The notes under the pieces: model-generated | Database searches by the model: none | Told to the model about the DNA's origin: nothing | The model's input: the letters and a program-made list of their open reading frames with translations, nothing else | Shown: piece after piece, positions 1 through 13,376 of the stretch | Layout: each line of letters opens with the position of its first letter | Numbering within the stretch: the stretch's first letter is position 1 | Position numbers and translations under genes: made by a program | DNA from: Prorocentrum cordatum | Taxonomy: Eukaryota | Length of the DNA stretch: 53,212 nucleotides | Direction: 5' to 3' | Assembly: GCA_963575745.1 (NCBI GenBank) | Contig: CAUYUJ010000334.1 | Coordinates: forward strand, 62,001 to 115,212

Positions 1-92
1 TGCCCCTGTCGGCGATCAGTGGGCGATTGGGGCATCCTCCCCTCATGTTGCCTCCGAGGCGGGCAGGGACCGACTGTCCCTGCATTCCTATA

Positions 93-257
93 GTCCTACC
101 ACGAAGTGTTCTTAGAACCCAACAAAGTTCGGATAACCAGAACAATGTTCTCATAACATCAAGGCGATGCGATAAGACAAGACAGACTCCGCCAGAAATG
201 TTCTAAGAACTTCTCGTGGAAGCCACAACAGGTTCTTAGAACATTGTCTGGTAGGGC
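93..257. mobile_element. MITE-like inverted-repeat element flanked by TATA
   Basis: GTCCTACCACGAAGTGTTCTTAGAACC / GGTTCTTAGAACATTGTCTGGTAGGGC; internal TGTTCT repeats. Confidence 0.6.
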
Positions 258-939
258 TATAGGCGAGCCAGGACGCTTCGCCACTGCTTGACTGAGGCGG
301 GCTCGAAGCATCGAGCGGGCTGAGGCAGGCGCTGCGCGCTCTCCGCCGCGACGAAGGCCCGCCGTGCCGCTCCAGACGCTGCGCGCGCGCGACCACCGGC
401 GCAAGGCATCTCGTGCGCTGCTTCAGTCAGGAGAGGAAAAAACACACAGACACAATTAATCCTCGATTCTCAGAATATATGGGAAAATATGGGAAGTGGG
501 GGGGAAGACAGAAACCCAGAAAATATGGAAAAATATGGGGAATCTTTTTTATTTGTGTATTTATTTGTGTGTCCCAGTTCCCTTTCATTCAGGGGGGCAG
601 CGGACGGGTAGGAGCAAGGGAAGCCGACCCTGAAGGGCTGGAACAAGCAGGAATCGAGCGTGTCAACGTGATCGTATCCGGCGTGTCGTCGTCGGGCGGA
701 AGAGGGGGGGGGGGAAGAGAGGTGCTGGGGCCCGCGCCGATCGGCAAAACAATGACAAAGAAAACGGTCGCAATGGAAAAACAGACGGACTACAATAATC
801 ACAAACTTCTGGACGTTCGCACGGATTTCTGGGATCCGCGCTGGGCCCCTCTCTCTAGCGCGCCGGAGGCGCCGCCAAGGGTCCCCACGCGGACCCCGAG
901 AAACCCGCGGAGCTTCGACAGTTTGTGCTTATGCGTTCG

Positions 940-989
<50 letters not shown>

Positions 990-1291
990 GCTATGGTTGT
1001 TGTTATTATTGTTGTCGTTGTGGTTATTGTTGTTGTTGGCGTTGTTGTTGTCACTGTTGTTGTTGATGTTGTTATTGTTGTCGTTGTTGGTGTTGCTGTT
1101 GATGTGGTTGTTGATGATGATGTTGCTGTTGTTGTCGTTGTTGCTGTTGTCGTCGTCGTCGTCGTCGTCGTTGTCGTTGTTGTTGTTGTTGCTGTTGTTG
1201 TTGTTGTTGTTGTTGTTGAAGTTGTTGTTGTTTTTGTTGTTGTAGTTGTAAGTGTAGTTGTATTTGTTTGTTCTTGTTGTTGTTGTTGTTG

Positions 1292-2053
1292 TTGAACATT
1301 ATTACTTCTAAAGAATAATTATTGTTGGGGCCCCTGGTGCACGACCCCCCCGCCGCGCCTAGGCCGCAGCCTCATTTTCATTATTTTCGTGAGGAAGTCT
1401 CAGGCAAAACGGGGGAGTCCGGATCCGGTTGTGTTGTTACGATCGGTTTTCCCTTGCAGAAAAATAACTGAAGTGGACATTTCTTGTTCTAACATATCCA
1501 AACTTCAAGAATCCCTTGCAAAAATAAGATAAAGTGGACATTCGCGCGCGCAAGACGAAATCCTTCCAAAACGTTAGTTTTCGTAGCGATTTTTAACATA
1601 AAAACATAAAAAACCAATGGTTTTTCAAAAAAATGTCAAAATTTCATCCCGCGCGCTCTTGCGGATTCGTAGGAAACCCAACACTTTTTAAAACATTTCT
1701 GTCAAACGGGCTTTTGCGAGCAACTTTTTCGAACTTCTTCTGCAACAACGGTTGCGCACCTGCCAGGGCCATCATCCCTGTCAAATAATACCATGCGGAC
1801 ACATTCGTTTTTTCTTCGCGCGCGCACGCCGTCGTCGTCGGCCGCGGGGCCCTGAATAGTAGCCACGGTCGTCCGCATGCCACGAAGTGAAGTGTCCGAA
1901 CGTCATAGGGCGGGAAGCTGGGTGTGGGTGGTGGCGAAGAGTCGTTTGGAAATTTGGTAGAGCTTGAACCGGCCCCCCACAAAGTGGGGGTATTGCCCGC
2001 CTCCTATGAAAACCCTGGCACTGGTGAGAACGGAGTGTCCCCACGTGCTAGTA

Positions 2054-2113
<60 letters not shown>

Positions 2114-2850
2114 GAATTCTCATTCCTGAAGAATAATTATTGTTGATCCCCCCCGCCGGTGAATATTGTTTTTTCTGAATCAAAGTGTGCCCTCGACGCT
2201 CGCACCCTGTTTTTTGACAAGGAAAATCTTGACGCTCAAACGGTGCCCCTGGCCCCCAGGTTACAACAACAACGGCTCCCGCCTGAGACATCCTCACAAT
2301 TTAGCCAGGACCCCCGCTCCCGCCCGAGACTTCCTCGCATTTTATTCAGGAATCGCGCTCTCGCTTGGAACTTCCGTACAATTTATGCAAGAGTCGCTCT
2401 CCCGGCGCTCTGGAGTCGCGCTCTCGCTGGAGACTTGCTTGCAATTTACTGAAGAGCGCCCTTGCGTTGGAATTTCCTGCAATTTGCTCAAGCGCCGCAC
2501 TCCCGACACCCAGGCACCCAGGAGTCCCGCCCGTTGTGGCCCCATGTGCGTGCCCTTCGTGGCCCCGCTGTCGCCGTTTGTGGCCCCCTCACTGTCCTAC
2601 GTGGCCCAGTTGCTACCCTCAGTGGCCCCATCGTTGCCTTCTGTGGCCCCGCATTGTCTGCCCTTCGTGGCCTCCGCTCGTTCGCGCTCTTCGTGGCCGC
2701 ATACGCATTCCCTTCGTGTCCCCGCTGTCGCCCTTCGTGGCCTACTTCGTGTCCTTCGTGGCCCTGCTGTCGTTTTCTCTCGCTTTCGCTTTCGCTTTCG
2801 CTCGTCGTCGCCGTCGTCGTCCTCGTCGCCGTCGCCGTCGCCGTCGCCGT

Positions 2851-2903
<53 letters not shown>

Positions 2904-3147
2904 GGTCGATCCCCTGTCCGTCCCTCTTGGGGTCGGGTCGACGGTCCGCGGCCGCCCCGCCGATCAGCGCTGCCGCTGGCCAGGCCGACGGTCCGCGGCC
3001 GCCCCGCCGCTTGCCGTGGCCCGGCCTGCAGGGAAGAAAGGTATACCCCCCAAAAGGGCTTCGATCGAAGACGAAGAGGGCGGGTATCGAGGGTTTGGGA
3101 AATACGCGTTATTGGACACTCGAGCAGATAAGGGCGAACAGTCTTAA
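1292..3147. repeat. Composite dispersed repeat (modules X and Y between GTT microsatellites), copy 1
   Basis: Colinear similarity to 24512-26415, e.g. 1859-2035 versus 25473-25650. Confidence 0.8.
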
Positions 3148-3487
3148 CATGAGTGTTGTTGTGGTTGTCGTCATCGTTATGGTTGTCGTTATCGTTGTCT
3201 GTTTGTGTTGTTGTTGGTGTTGTTGGTGTTGGTGTTGGTGTGGTTGTGGTTGTGGTTCTGGTTGTTGGTGTCGTTGATGTTGGTGTTGGTGTTGTTGTGG
3301 TTGTGGTTGTGGTTGTGGTTGTGGTGCTGGTTCTGGTTGTGGTTGTGGTTGTGGTTGTGGCTGTGGCTGTGGCTGTGGCTGTGGTTGTTGCTGTTGCTGT
3401 TGTGGTTGTGGTTGTGGTTGTGGTTGTGGTTGTGGTTGTGGTTGTGGTTGTGGTTGTGGTTGTTGTAGTTGTTGTAGTTGTTGTTGT

Positions 3488-3519
<32 letters not shown>

Positions 3520-4547
3520 GAATAGGAACGGAGCCCATCCCCCCTCCCGGCGTTGCCCCGTCGTGGGTTCGGCTCGCGTCCTCGCCGGGCGGGCTCGGCG
3601 GGGGCCCCTCGGCGGGCTGCGGCCGCTGCTGCTGCTGCGGGTGCTGCCTGCGCCGCGCGGGCCGCCGCGGGTCGACTCCTCGTTCTCGCCCCTCGTTCCT
3701 CGTCCTCGTCCCTCGTCCTCGTCGTGCTCCTCCTCCTCCTCCGCCTCGCTCCCCCTCCCCTGACCTCCCTCCCTCCCTCCCCTCCTCCCTCCTCCCCTCC
3801 CCCCTTCCACCCTCTCCCACTCCCACTCCCCCCCCCCCGCCCTCCTAACCCCCCCTCCCCCACACCCTTCCCCTCCGCTTCTCCCCTCCCCTCTCCTTTC
3901 CCTTCGCCTTGCCCGTCCTGCCCTGCCCTGCCCTCATCCTCCTCCTGCTCCTCCTCCTCCTCCCTCCTCTCTCCTCCTCCTCCTCCTCCTCCTCCTCCTC
4001 CTCCTCCTCCTCCTCCTCCTCCTCCTCCTCCTCCTCCTCTGTTGGCGGCGAGCGAGGAGGGTAAGTGAGAAGGGGCGGGCCTTCTCAGAAGGCTCGCACC
4101 TCCCCCGGCCTTCCGAGAAATTTTCTGGGTCTCCCCCGAAGACGCAGAGGACTTCTCAGAAGGCGCGAGGGCTTCTGAGGCCTTCTGAGAAGGCCTTCTC
4201 CTTCTCACTTCTCCCCCTCGCTCGCCGCCGACTCCTACCGTAATGCCCAGACCTCCTCTCGTTGTGGAAAACCACGACTCGGGCGCGGCCTGACGGACCC
4301 CTGACAAGCCACCCCCTTCCGTGGCGTCATCCACGCATTTCGAACTCCCCTGTGGCCGCATGCACACGTCTTGGGGCGAGGCGAGGGGGACGTCACGAAG
4401 CGGGATGGCTTGCCAAGGGTCGGTTGGGCCACACCTGAACGACTGACACTTCTGGGCCTCTTTCGGCCTCCGAGGGCCCTCACCAGGGACTGTCAGAAAG
4501 CGACCTGGGATGAAACGCCGGTCCCAGGAAAGGGGTCCAGACTTCTG

Positions 4548-4862
4548 TTAAGTCTGGCGTGTCCCCCTACAGGGGCATTTTGGGCGAAACATAAAAAGCA
4601 TACCTCCAGAGTACCCCCCAGAGGGCCAGAAATCATCAAAACGTCGGCCCCAAAACTCCAGGGTACCCCCCAGAGGGCCAAAAGAATCAAAGTTTGGGCG
4701 AGACGCAAAACATACCTCCAGAGTGCCCCCCAGAGGGCCAGAAACCATCAAAGCGTCGTCCCCCGACTATTTTTTGGGGGGGGCTATGGTTGAAGCTTCC
4801 CCCCTGCAGAGGGTTTTTTTTGGGGGCTGTGTTTGAAGCTTCCCCCCTGCAGGGGGGGCCGA
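4548..4862 (+). mobile_element. MITE family A copy, degenerate, with internal tandem repeats
   Basis: Left end TTAAGTCTGGCGTGTCCCCCTACAGG; duplicated degenerate right end GAAGCTTCCCCCTGCAG; three internal CTCCAGRGTRCCCCCCAGAGGGCCA repeats. Confidence 0.5.
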
Positions 4863-5350
4863 CGCCGCCCACGGACCACGACGGCCGAGCGCTGGGCAAA
4901 CCTCGGCCCCGGAAGCACGCGGGCGCCTCTGGCCTCGGTGCGCGCTCCTTTGAAGGGGCCCCAGGACACACAAATAAATAGACACAAATAAAATGATTCC
5001 CCATATTTTTCCATATTTTCTGGATTTTTGTCTTCCCGCCCAATTCCCATATTTTCCCTATTTTCCTGGCACTCGACGATTAATTGTGTCTGTGTGTTTC
5101 TTCCCCTCCTGATCCTTGGCGGCGCGCAGAGGGGGGTAGGGGGAGGGGGGAAGGCTTCTTAGAAGCACCCCTGCTTCTCAGAAGGCGCGGGCCTTCTCTG
5201 TAGACGCAAGGCCGAGGCCTGCTAAGAAGCAGGGTGCTTCTAAAAGCCCTCCCCCCTCTCCCTACTACCCCCCTCTGCGCGCCGCCAAGCTCCAGCAACC
5301 GGCGCCTCGTGGGGAACACTCCAGGAGAGCCCAGAATCGAAGCGCTACGT

Positions 5351-5531
5351 CCAAGTCGGGCCGGTCCGCCTACAGGCGGATTTGGCGCGGAGGAGGAGGA
5401 GGAGGAGGAGGAGGAGGAGGAGGAGGAGGAGGAGGAGGAGGAGGAGGACAAAAATAGTCAGAAAATCGTCCCCAGACTACTTGTTGCCTATTTTTGCAGA
5501 TTCCTCCTGTAGAGGGGCACGCCCGACTTAA
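5351..5531 (+). mobile_element. MITE family A copy
   Basis: Terminal inverted repeats (TIRs) ..AAGTCGGGC / GCCCGACTTAA; exact 8-bp TSD CGCTACGT; internal (GAG)n. Confidence 0.85.
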
Positions 5532-6176
5532 CGCTACGTCGGCTCGGCGATCGAAGCGAATCGGATCGGCGGAAATCGGCAGCCGAGTCGGGAGAAGCCG
5601 AATCGGCGGAAATCGGCGGGCTAGTATGGGCCTCCAAAGAGACAAATCGGAGACCACCTCGGCATCCGAAGCCGAACCCAAGCGGAATTGGAAGCCAGCG
5701 ACATCGAATCGCATCGAGTTGAAGGAGTCGAAACCCAGAGATCCGATGTCGTGATTATGCGGGGTCCCCGGAAGCCTCGACCCATTCCCCAGGACCGGTT
5801 TTTCATCCTGAGTCGTTTTTTGACGGTCCCGAGGCCCAGTGAGGGCCCCTAGAGGCCGAAGAGTGTAAAAAACCTCCGTCGTGATTTTTTAAATGCGTTG
5901 GATCTCTGGGAATGAACCCTGAGACTCTGGGGATGATCAGATCGTCCCGACCGGCCGCTGGCTGCCCGCGCGCGGCGGAAGATTTCAGGGGCAACGACGG
6001 GGGGGGACTGGCATAGGGGGGGATGCATCGACCTGGAATCGGCGATACATCGCCGATAGATCGGCGATAAGCCTCCGATAGTGAATCCGCACCTTCTTGG
6101 GCAGGCTGGGGCTGTCGGGCCCCTATCGGCGATCAATGGTCGGTTGGGGGTCGATGCATCCCCCCTATGCCTATCC

Positions 6177-6338
6177 TTAAGTCGGGTGCGTCCCCCTACA
6201 GGGGGATTCCTGGGCGAACAATTTTAAATACTTTAAAAAATGCCACCCGACTTGGCAAAAATAGTCAAAAAATCGTTCCAGACTATTTTTTTGACTATTT
6301 TTGAAGATTCCTCCTGTAGAGGGACGTGCCCGATTTAA
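6177..6338 (+). mobile_element. MITE family A copy
   Basis: Both TIRs and the family interior are present; no TSD seen. Confidence 0.8.
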
Positions 6339-7431
6339 GCCGAGGGAGAGCGACACGGCCGGCGCCGGCGAGGGGGCCGCGCCGCGCAAAATGCGCGGTC
6401 GTTTTGTCGCGCTCCTGCTCCTCCTCCTTCTCCTCCTCCTCCTCCTCCTCCTCCTCCTCCCTCCCCTCCCCCTCCCCCTCCTCCTCCTCCTCCTCCTCCT
6501 CCTCCTCCTCCTCCTCCTCCTCCTCCTCCCCCCCTCCTCCCTCCTCCTCCTCCTCCCTCCTCCCTCCCTCCTCTCTCCTCCTCCCTCCTCCTCCGCCTCC
6601 TCCCTCCTCCTCTCCTCCTCCTCCTTTCCCCTCCCTTTCTCCTCCTCCTGCTCCCCTTCCTCCTCGTCCTCCTCTCCTCCTCCTCCTCCTCCTCCTCTTC
6701 CTCCTCCTCCTCCCACCTCCTCCTCCTCTCCTCCTCCTCCTCCTCCTCCTCCTCCTCCTCTCCTCCTCCTCTCCTCCCCTCCTCCTCCTCCTCCTCCTCC
6801 TCCTCCTCCCTCCTCCTCCTCCTCCTCCTCTCTCCTCCTACTCCTCCTCCCTCCCTCCTCCTCCCTCCCCCTCCTCCTCCTCCTCCCCTTTTCCTCCTCC
6901 TCCTCCTCCTTTTCCTCCTTCTCCCGCCGCCCCCTGCAGCATGACACCTCTCCAGCACAGACCGCGGAGCGCGGTCATCTTCTCGTCCGATGGAGCAATC
7001 TCGTATTTTGGTTGGGCCCTGGAATCTGTCAACATCATGCATCATGATGGGCAGATTTCCCACCGCCACTACCATAGGTAAGACGGGGGAGAAGGGAGGA
7101 TGGGGAGGTCCTCCTCCTCCTCCTCCCCCCTCCTCTCTCCTCCTCCTCCTCCTCCCTCCTCCTCGTCCTCCTCCTCGTCCTCGTCGTCCTCCTCCTCCTC
7201 CTCCTCCTCCTCCTCCTCCTCCTCCCCCTCCTCCTGCTCCCCCACCAACCCATGGTAGGAACATCCGCTCGTCACATCATCTTTCCGAGGTCGACATGAC
7301 GGCCGTGGCGCACACCATCGGGGCCCGCGCGCGAGCAGGCTCGCGGCGGCGAGTCTCAACCTGCAACTGCCTTGCCGCACTGCCGCCTCGATATAAGATG
7401 CCGCATGTGATTGCACCGGCCTTGCAGACGT

Positions 7432-7634
7432 GCTGCAGCGGATTTCTGTGTGGATTTCCGCGTGGATGTTTGCCCGACGCGGCGAGCGAAAAACGAAATT
7501 AATTTCGCGTGGATTATTTTTGGTCTTCAGTCCTGGCCAAAAAGTCCGCACGAAATTCACCTCGAAATCCGGAACGAAATTCTCCAGGACACCCCAGGCC
7601 CACCCTATTGAAATCCGAACGAAATCCGCTCTGC
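7432..7634. mobile_element. MITE-like element
   Basis: Repeated GGATTTC at left and GAAATCC at right; candidate TSD GACGT/GATGT. Confidence 0.5.
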
Positions 7635-8626
7635 GATGTTGGCGCCATGACACATGCTGGTTGACGCGTGCTCTGAAAACGACGCAACTGGAGTTTGGAG
7701 CAATGCTTCCCGAATCAGATCGAAGGCGTGCGCAACGAGCAATAGCCTGCTACCTCTTCTCCTGCCCTCCGCTGTCTCCCTGAATCAGGCACACGACTTT
7801 TCTCGATCATCGCTCCAACAAGCAAGCCGCTATGGTAGAGCTTGCTGCGGAACCGCACGCCCTCGATAACCTGTCAGAATCTCGATATCATTTTTCGATT
7901 GAAGCCAATCAGGAAGTCAGTTCGGTGAGCAGAGATGGGGCGATGGAAAGGGCGCAGGCTACGAGAGCGGGGGAAGCTGGAAGGGAGAGTTGGACATCGG
8001 ATTGGAGGTATTAGTGGCATGGATGTGCTGAAAACGCGAAGCAGGTCGCAATGCTCCGATTCTGCGTGAATTGATCTACTCTTTCGCGAATCCAACACTA
8101 GACAACTAAGTTTGCCTGGCCACCGCTGAGCGGACATCTCTGCGCAAAGAAGCATCAACTGGCGCCAAGAGCAGAGCAGCTGCATGCTGCATCTAGGGGG
8201 GGAGCTGTCAGACAACGTTTTCTATTTCCCCCAAACAATGCTTGTACTGACGAGTCTGGATGTATCACAGGGCACAGTGTCTGGAGTGCAATTGTGTTCA
8301 CAGTCGCCGCCTGCTGATCACAATCCAAGCCGTGTTCTTTCTCTGGGTAAGCTCCTTGCCGGAACGAACGGACACCCCGCGCCCTCACCCCATCGCCAAC
8401 CAACCAGGCGCCGATTGGAGTGTCCTGGAGGAGGAGGAGGAGGAGGAGGAGGAGGAGGAGGAGGAGTTCCCTTTGAGTTTTCTGTGCTGAATACTGGTCG
8501 TGCTCCTGCTGGGGACCCGTGCCTCGTGCCCTGAGCGCTCCTGGGCGCTGCTCGGGCGGCGTGCGCCACTTTTTCCAAGGCCTCCGGAGAGTGGACCGGA
8601 TCCCATACTTCCAACGTGGGGTAAGA

Positions 8627-8830
8627 TCGGGGAGACGTAAGACCCGGGTACGGGGGACTCGGAAATCCCCGACGAGGTCGTCAAAAAAATGACGAGGCCG
8701 AGCCTGCATTTTGACGAGGCCTCCCGCTGCAGACATCCCACGAAACTCCTACTCGTCAAAATCCGAGTCGCGGTCGTCAAAAAAATTGCGAACCCGAGTC
8801 CTGGCAAACCCGGGTCTTACGCTCCCCCGA
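8627..8830. mobile_element. MITE with TCGGG...CCCGA termini and 5-bp TSD
   Basis: 23-bp imperfect TIR TCGGGGAGACGTAAGACCCGGGT; TSD TAAGA. Confidence 0.8.
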
Positions 8831-9775
8831 TAAGATGGTCCCAGGGCCCATCCTGGAGCCCTCTTGGATCGTCTTGGAGGCCCTCGGGGCCTGCCCGACA
8901 GGCCCACATCTTCGACATCGATTTGGGGTTTGTGTGGCCTTAGCATTCTCGCCTGTTTGGCCTGGTCGTTGGAGCGCCCAAGGCATCACAAGAGGCCCCA
9001 AAATGGCTTCCAAGCCCCCCAGGGGTGCCGAAGAGAGCCCCAAGACTGCCTCAGAGGGGGAGCACAAACTGACATTTAGAGCCCTGAGCCCCAAGGTAGC
9101 CTCCGAGACCACCAAGATGCCAAGAGGCCCCCCAAGAGACCCCAAAGAGGCTTTCAATAGGTACCCAAGAGGGCTCCCAAGATGTATCTAAGAAGCCTCT
9201 GGCCCACAACATGGTGAAGGGCTGGGCCGAAGGCCGCCCTGTGGTAGCAAGTCTACAGCGGCCACCACTTTCCCGTAAAGGAGGTGAAACCGAACTGCAA
9301 CGCACATACCATATTAAAACTCAACCAGCATGGACACCCCGTGGCTGAATTGTGAGGGTGCCTCGAGCGGCAGCCCAGAGTTCGGACTAATTTGTTAAGC
9401 AGGCTCAGGTGGCAAACGCTCCACTGCCCTCCCGATGGAGGAGGGGGGAGAATCCAAGCGGCTACGTAACGACCTCGTAAGCGCACAGACAACAACGATT
9501 ACTTGGTTGAATGGGTTGTTGGGGATTCGACAGCCGCACTCCGGAGCGCATTGCGCGGAAGTATCGAACTAGATCTCAGACCACGTAGTACCAGTTCAAT
9601 TCAGCCCAGTCCAAATCAAAACATCTCAACCCAACTCAATCCAACGCAATCCTGCAAATACCCAAATGGGAATGATAAAACACATGTTAAACAGGAGGGG
9701 GATACTGCTGCTGATGATGATGGTGATGATGATAATGATGGTGATAATGATGCTGATGACGACGATGATGCTGCT

Positions 9776-9806
<31 letters not shown>

Positions 9807-12800
9807 ATGGTGGTGCTGATGCTGCTGCTGATGCTGATGTTGCTGCTGATGTTGTTGATGTTGATATTGTTGCTGTTGTTGTTAATGATGATGGTCATGA
9901 TGAGGATGATGATGATGATGCTGCTGCTGCTGATGCTGATGAGTTGCTCATTGCAGTTGAGGTGTCGGAGGAAGATGGACAAAGGTTGGGGACACGAGTC
10001 TTATTAGTGACTTTGGTAGCGGTAACAGAAAAGAATCGGAGATATGCGGTTCGAACACTTCTGCCGCAATCCTCCCGTCATGCCTCCCCAACGACGAACG
10101 CGTCATCTCTCGTCACCCATCCCCTTCGGTGTAAAGCCTCTGGTCACTCATCCATCCCATCAGCCCTTCCTGTCCCAAGACTAAGGGGGCCACTGACGCA
10201 CGCGCCGTGGTGCAAGACCATGGGCAAGAATTGCTCGGCTCCCGCCTGCGACGGCGAGAACCATTTCGCGTGGACGGCGAAGACAGCATGTTAGTACAAC
10301 GCCACCACGCAATCAATTCTGGAAACCCTGAATCCGAGATGATTGGCACATCCCTGTGGGGCGCATTTTCTGCATCTGCCGGCTTCCGACGACGGAGGCG
10401 CAATCTCTTTGCTCTCGCTAGCTTCCGCCGGCCTTTCGCCGAAGATGAGGCGGCAAATTTCCGATCCCTCAATGGCGAGGCCCTTCTCTGGAGCGCGTGA
10501 GCGCGCCATGTGCTGGGTGCGCTCCTCCGCCTCCTACTGTTCCTCGGGGGGAACATGGTCTTCATCTAGCCCTACGCTACACTACGGGCGCAGTCGTCTA
10601 TGTGTAGGATAACGAGGCGGTGGTGGAAGGGTGGTGGGCCAAGAAACATCGGAACCCGTCGGGGGAGATGGTGGTCATCTGGAGAGATATCGGGAAGACT
10701 TTAGATGAGCAGGGTCGGCCAGATCATCATATCTGTTGTTTGGATTTCCTGAGTCCATACTCGTGGTATCCCCTCCATACTCGACATCGGTAACGCTGCA
10801 GTTGATGAATTTTCCAGGATCTGTGCGGAGAGAGTGCGCTGACCTCGAGCCCAACGCGTGGCTGTTCTGGAGGTGGCGGCCCAGGCTTGCCAAGTCCAGA
10901 AGAGACGAACGCGGGCTCAGTGGGATGTCGTGGCGATAACAAACAAGAAACCTGACCCGTCCAATCCCTCTGCTCCTTCGGCCCCTCCTCCCTCTCCGCC
11001 TCCGCCGCCGCCACCTGCGGCGGCTGCTGTCGCCCCGCTCCGTTCCTCCCACCAGATCGGCGCTGAGGATAGGAGGTGCACGCGGTGTTCCTCGGCCACG
11101 AGCAGAGCTGCTTGCACGACGTGGCTGGGCACCATTTGCGACCCACGTCATGTATCCTCATACTGACAGTGGGCCTCGGTTCTCTGCAATTTATGTGCCC
11201 ATCGTGGTTCTGCTCAGACCCGAGATTTGAGGAAGGCGTATGTCTCTGGCGGCCAGGAGGCGAGAGTATCTTGATAGATTTTCCAGGGGCTTCAAGCCCA
11301 AGGATTAACTGTATGTCAAGTGGCTTTGTTGTGATGCTTCGCGCCCGCTCCGAGTCCGATTCCGATGCCGACTCCTCCTCCTCCTCCTCCTCCTCCTTCC
11401 TCGCTGCTCGCTCATTCTTACTCCTCCTCTTGCGTCGGCGGAGCCCAAGAATGACCAAATCAAGTGATGCGCACCTGCCGCGTTCTCCGCAGATGCACGC
11501 CGATAGGGTGCGTAATTACACTCAGCCATGACAGGTCAATCAGAGTAAGGCGCAAGTCAACCCTGCAAGGGCGAACTAATGTCGGTAAACCAACTTCGCG
11601 GAGGCGCGTCAACAATATACGGCAACAGCAATCCAGACAACCTCGCAAGGGAAAGCGAGGGTTACAAATCATCTCAGCGTAGGCACGCTGTTACAGCAAA
11701 TCGGCATCGTAAACCAACTTTGCGGGGGCAGGTTAACAAACATAGTCAACTTCGGGACTTGTAATTAGCAGAGCAAGTGAAATTCGCGGGGGCAAGACAG
11801 CATGGCAAGCCCGAATCATTTTGCCCTGGAAGTTTCGCGACAATCTCCAGCGCTCCCGAAGAGGTCTGCTGCTGTCACAAAGGCACGCCGAACATTGGAA
11901 AACATGCGAGCGCCCGCAAGAGCGACTCTCCAGGAGACTCTGCAAGACGACTATCCGGACCACGACGACTCTCTGCGTGTCTCCAGCACTTTTCACAGAC
12001 ATCGCTGAAGATGTCGCTGCAGATCCAATGGCTCAAAGCTCCAACGGCCGATTTTTTTTGTTGAGGGGGGGTTCCCTCCTCCCGAACCGACTTTTTGACG
12101 GCCCCAGCAATTTTTAAAGGGCACCAAGGGGCCAAGAACGGCCCCAAACCCTGTGTTTTTGGTGTGATTTTTCTTCCACGCGAAGATGACTGGGTCATGA
12201 TGTTCCAGCCAACTTTAGCCTTGAACACCAGAAAGAATTTCGAGCACCAGGAAAAAACCGCAACTGGAGGGTTTTCACGTGCTGGACCCTGGGAGGCGAC
12301 ACCCGTTCGACACTGTTCTGATACTTTCCGGGGTGATCGAAATCATTTCTGGGATGCGGTCCTTGAATACGATGGGAGCAACATAAGTCTGGGGAGGCAC
12401 CCCGCTGAGAAATCTGCGTGGAGCACCTGGCGGAAGGGTGGCTTGCTCGCAGCTCCGGCACGGCACGGCACAGGAGAGCCGCCGAGGTGTCGCCGCGGGC
12501 AGGCGGCACCCTGTCGGAGAGGCCTTCGGGAGACTCCTCGTGATTGAACATCCACGACGCACCCCTGGCAGGCACCCTCCTTCCCAGGCCTCCTCGCGCT
12601 GCGAACAAACAAAAATCACGACGGACAGGTTTGGGGCACTTTCGGCCTCCGGGGGCCCGCGCCGGGCCCCTGGACCGTGAGCAGGAGTCGGCCCACGATG
12701 AACACCTGGTCCTGCGAGGGGGGTCCAGACCTCCGGGGGTCCATGCTGTGAAGAAGTTGCAACGTTGGAGCTCCCTGTCGCCAGTTTGTGGAATATGTGT

Positions 12801-12969
12801 GGCCGAAGCGAACTCCACCCCTGGCGGCAAACAAGCGGCAAGCAACAACCATTACTGCACTGGCGACAGAGACCCGTCTCTTATGAGCTCGGTCATCGGG
12901 GGGCAGCGGACAAAAATGGGCGGTGGGCTTCTCTGGGTCCACATACCATGAAGACGTCCCCCTCTGGTG

Positions 12970-13118
12970 TTAGGTCGGGCATGTCCCCCTACAGGCGGAC
13001 TTTGGAGGAAAATTAAAAATAGTCCAGAAATGATCAAACATATATAGAAAAAGCGTCCCCAGACTATGCTTGGAGAATTTTTTAATATTCCTCCTGTAGA
13101 GGGATAGGCCCGACTTAC
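12970..13118 (+). mobile_element. MITE family A copy
   Basis: TTAGGTCGGGCATGTCCCCCTACAGG ... CCTGTAGAGGGATAGGCCCGACTTAC; TSD CTCTGGTG/CTCTGGTA. Confidence 0.85.
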
Positions 13119-13341
13119 CTCTGGTACCTACTTGGGGCAAGATCAGTGAGCATCGAATCGGGAGGTCGGATCGAATTCGAACGTTCATCGATCTGGACCG
13201 CATCGGCACGGATTCGGAACCGGAGCGACTAGGCCCCGCCAAGGTGCACAACAGCGGCGTGCGAGCATCGGCCTCGGATCGTCGGGAGGTCGGAATCGAA
13301 TCGGATCGAACCTGGCTAGCTCGAAAGGATGATGATGATGC

Positions 13342-13376
<35 letters not shown>

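Noticed and set aside
1955..2030. tRNA or tRNA-derived SINE head (minus-strand hairpin plus GGTTCAAG)
   Set aside because: No T-stem pairing, cloverleaf or clear A-box.
6177..6338. piggyBac assignment from TTAA at both ends
   Set aside because: Other copies show 8-bp TSDs outside the TTAA/TTAG, so those bases belong to the TIR.
12024..12040. CCAATGGCTCAAAG as a third SL relic
   Set aside because: It needs indels, is short, and has no downstream ORF.
12970..13118. MITE family A as spliceosomal Introner elements (AG|GT near the left end)
   Set aside because: Copies lie within other repeats rather than between exons, and the GT position would not allow clean removal. Not formally excluded without RNA data.
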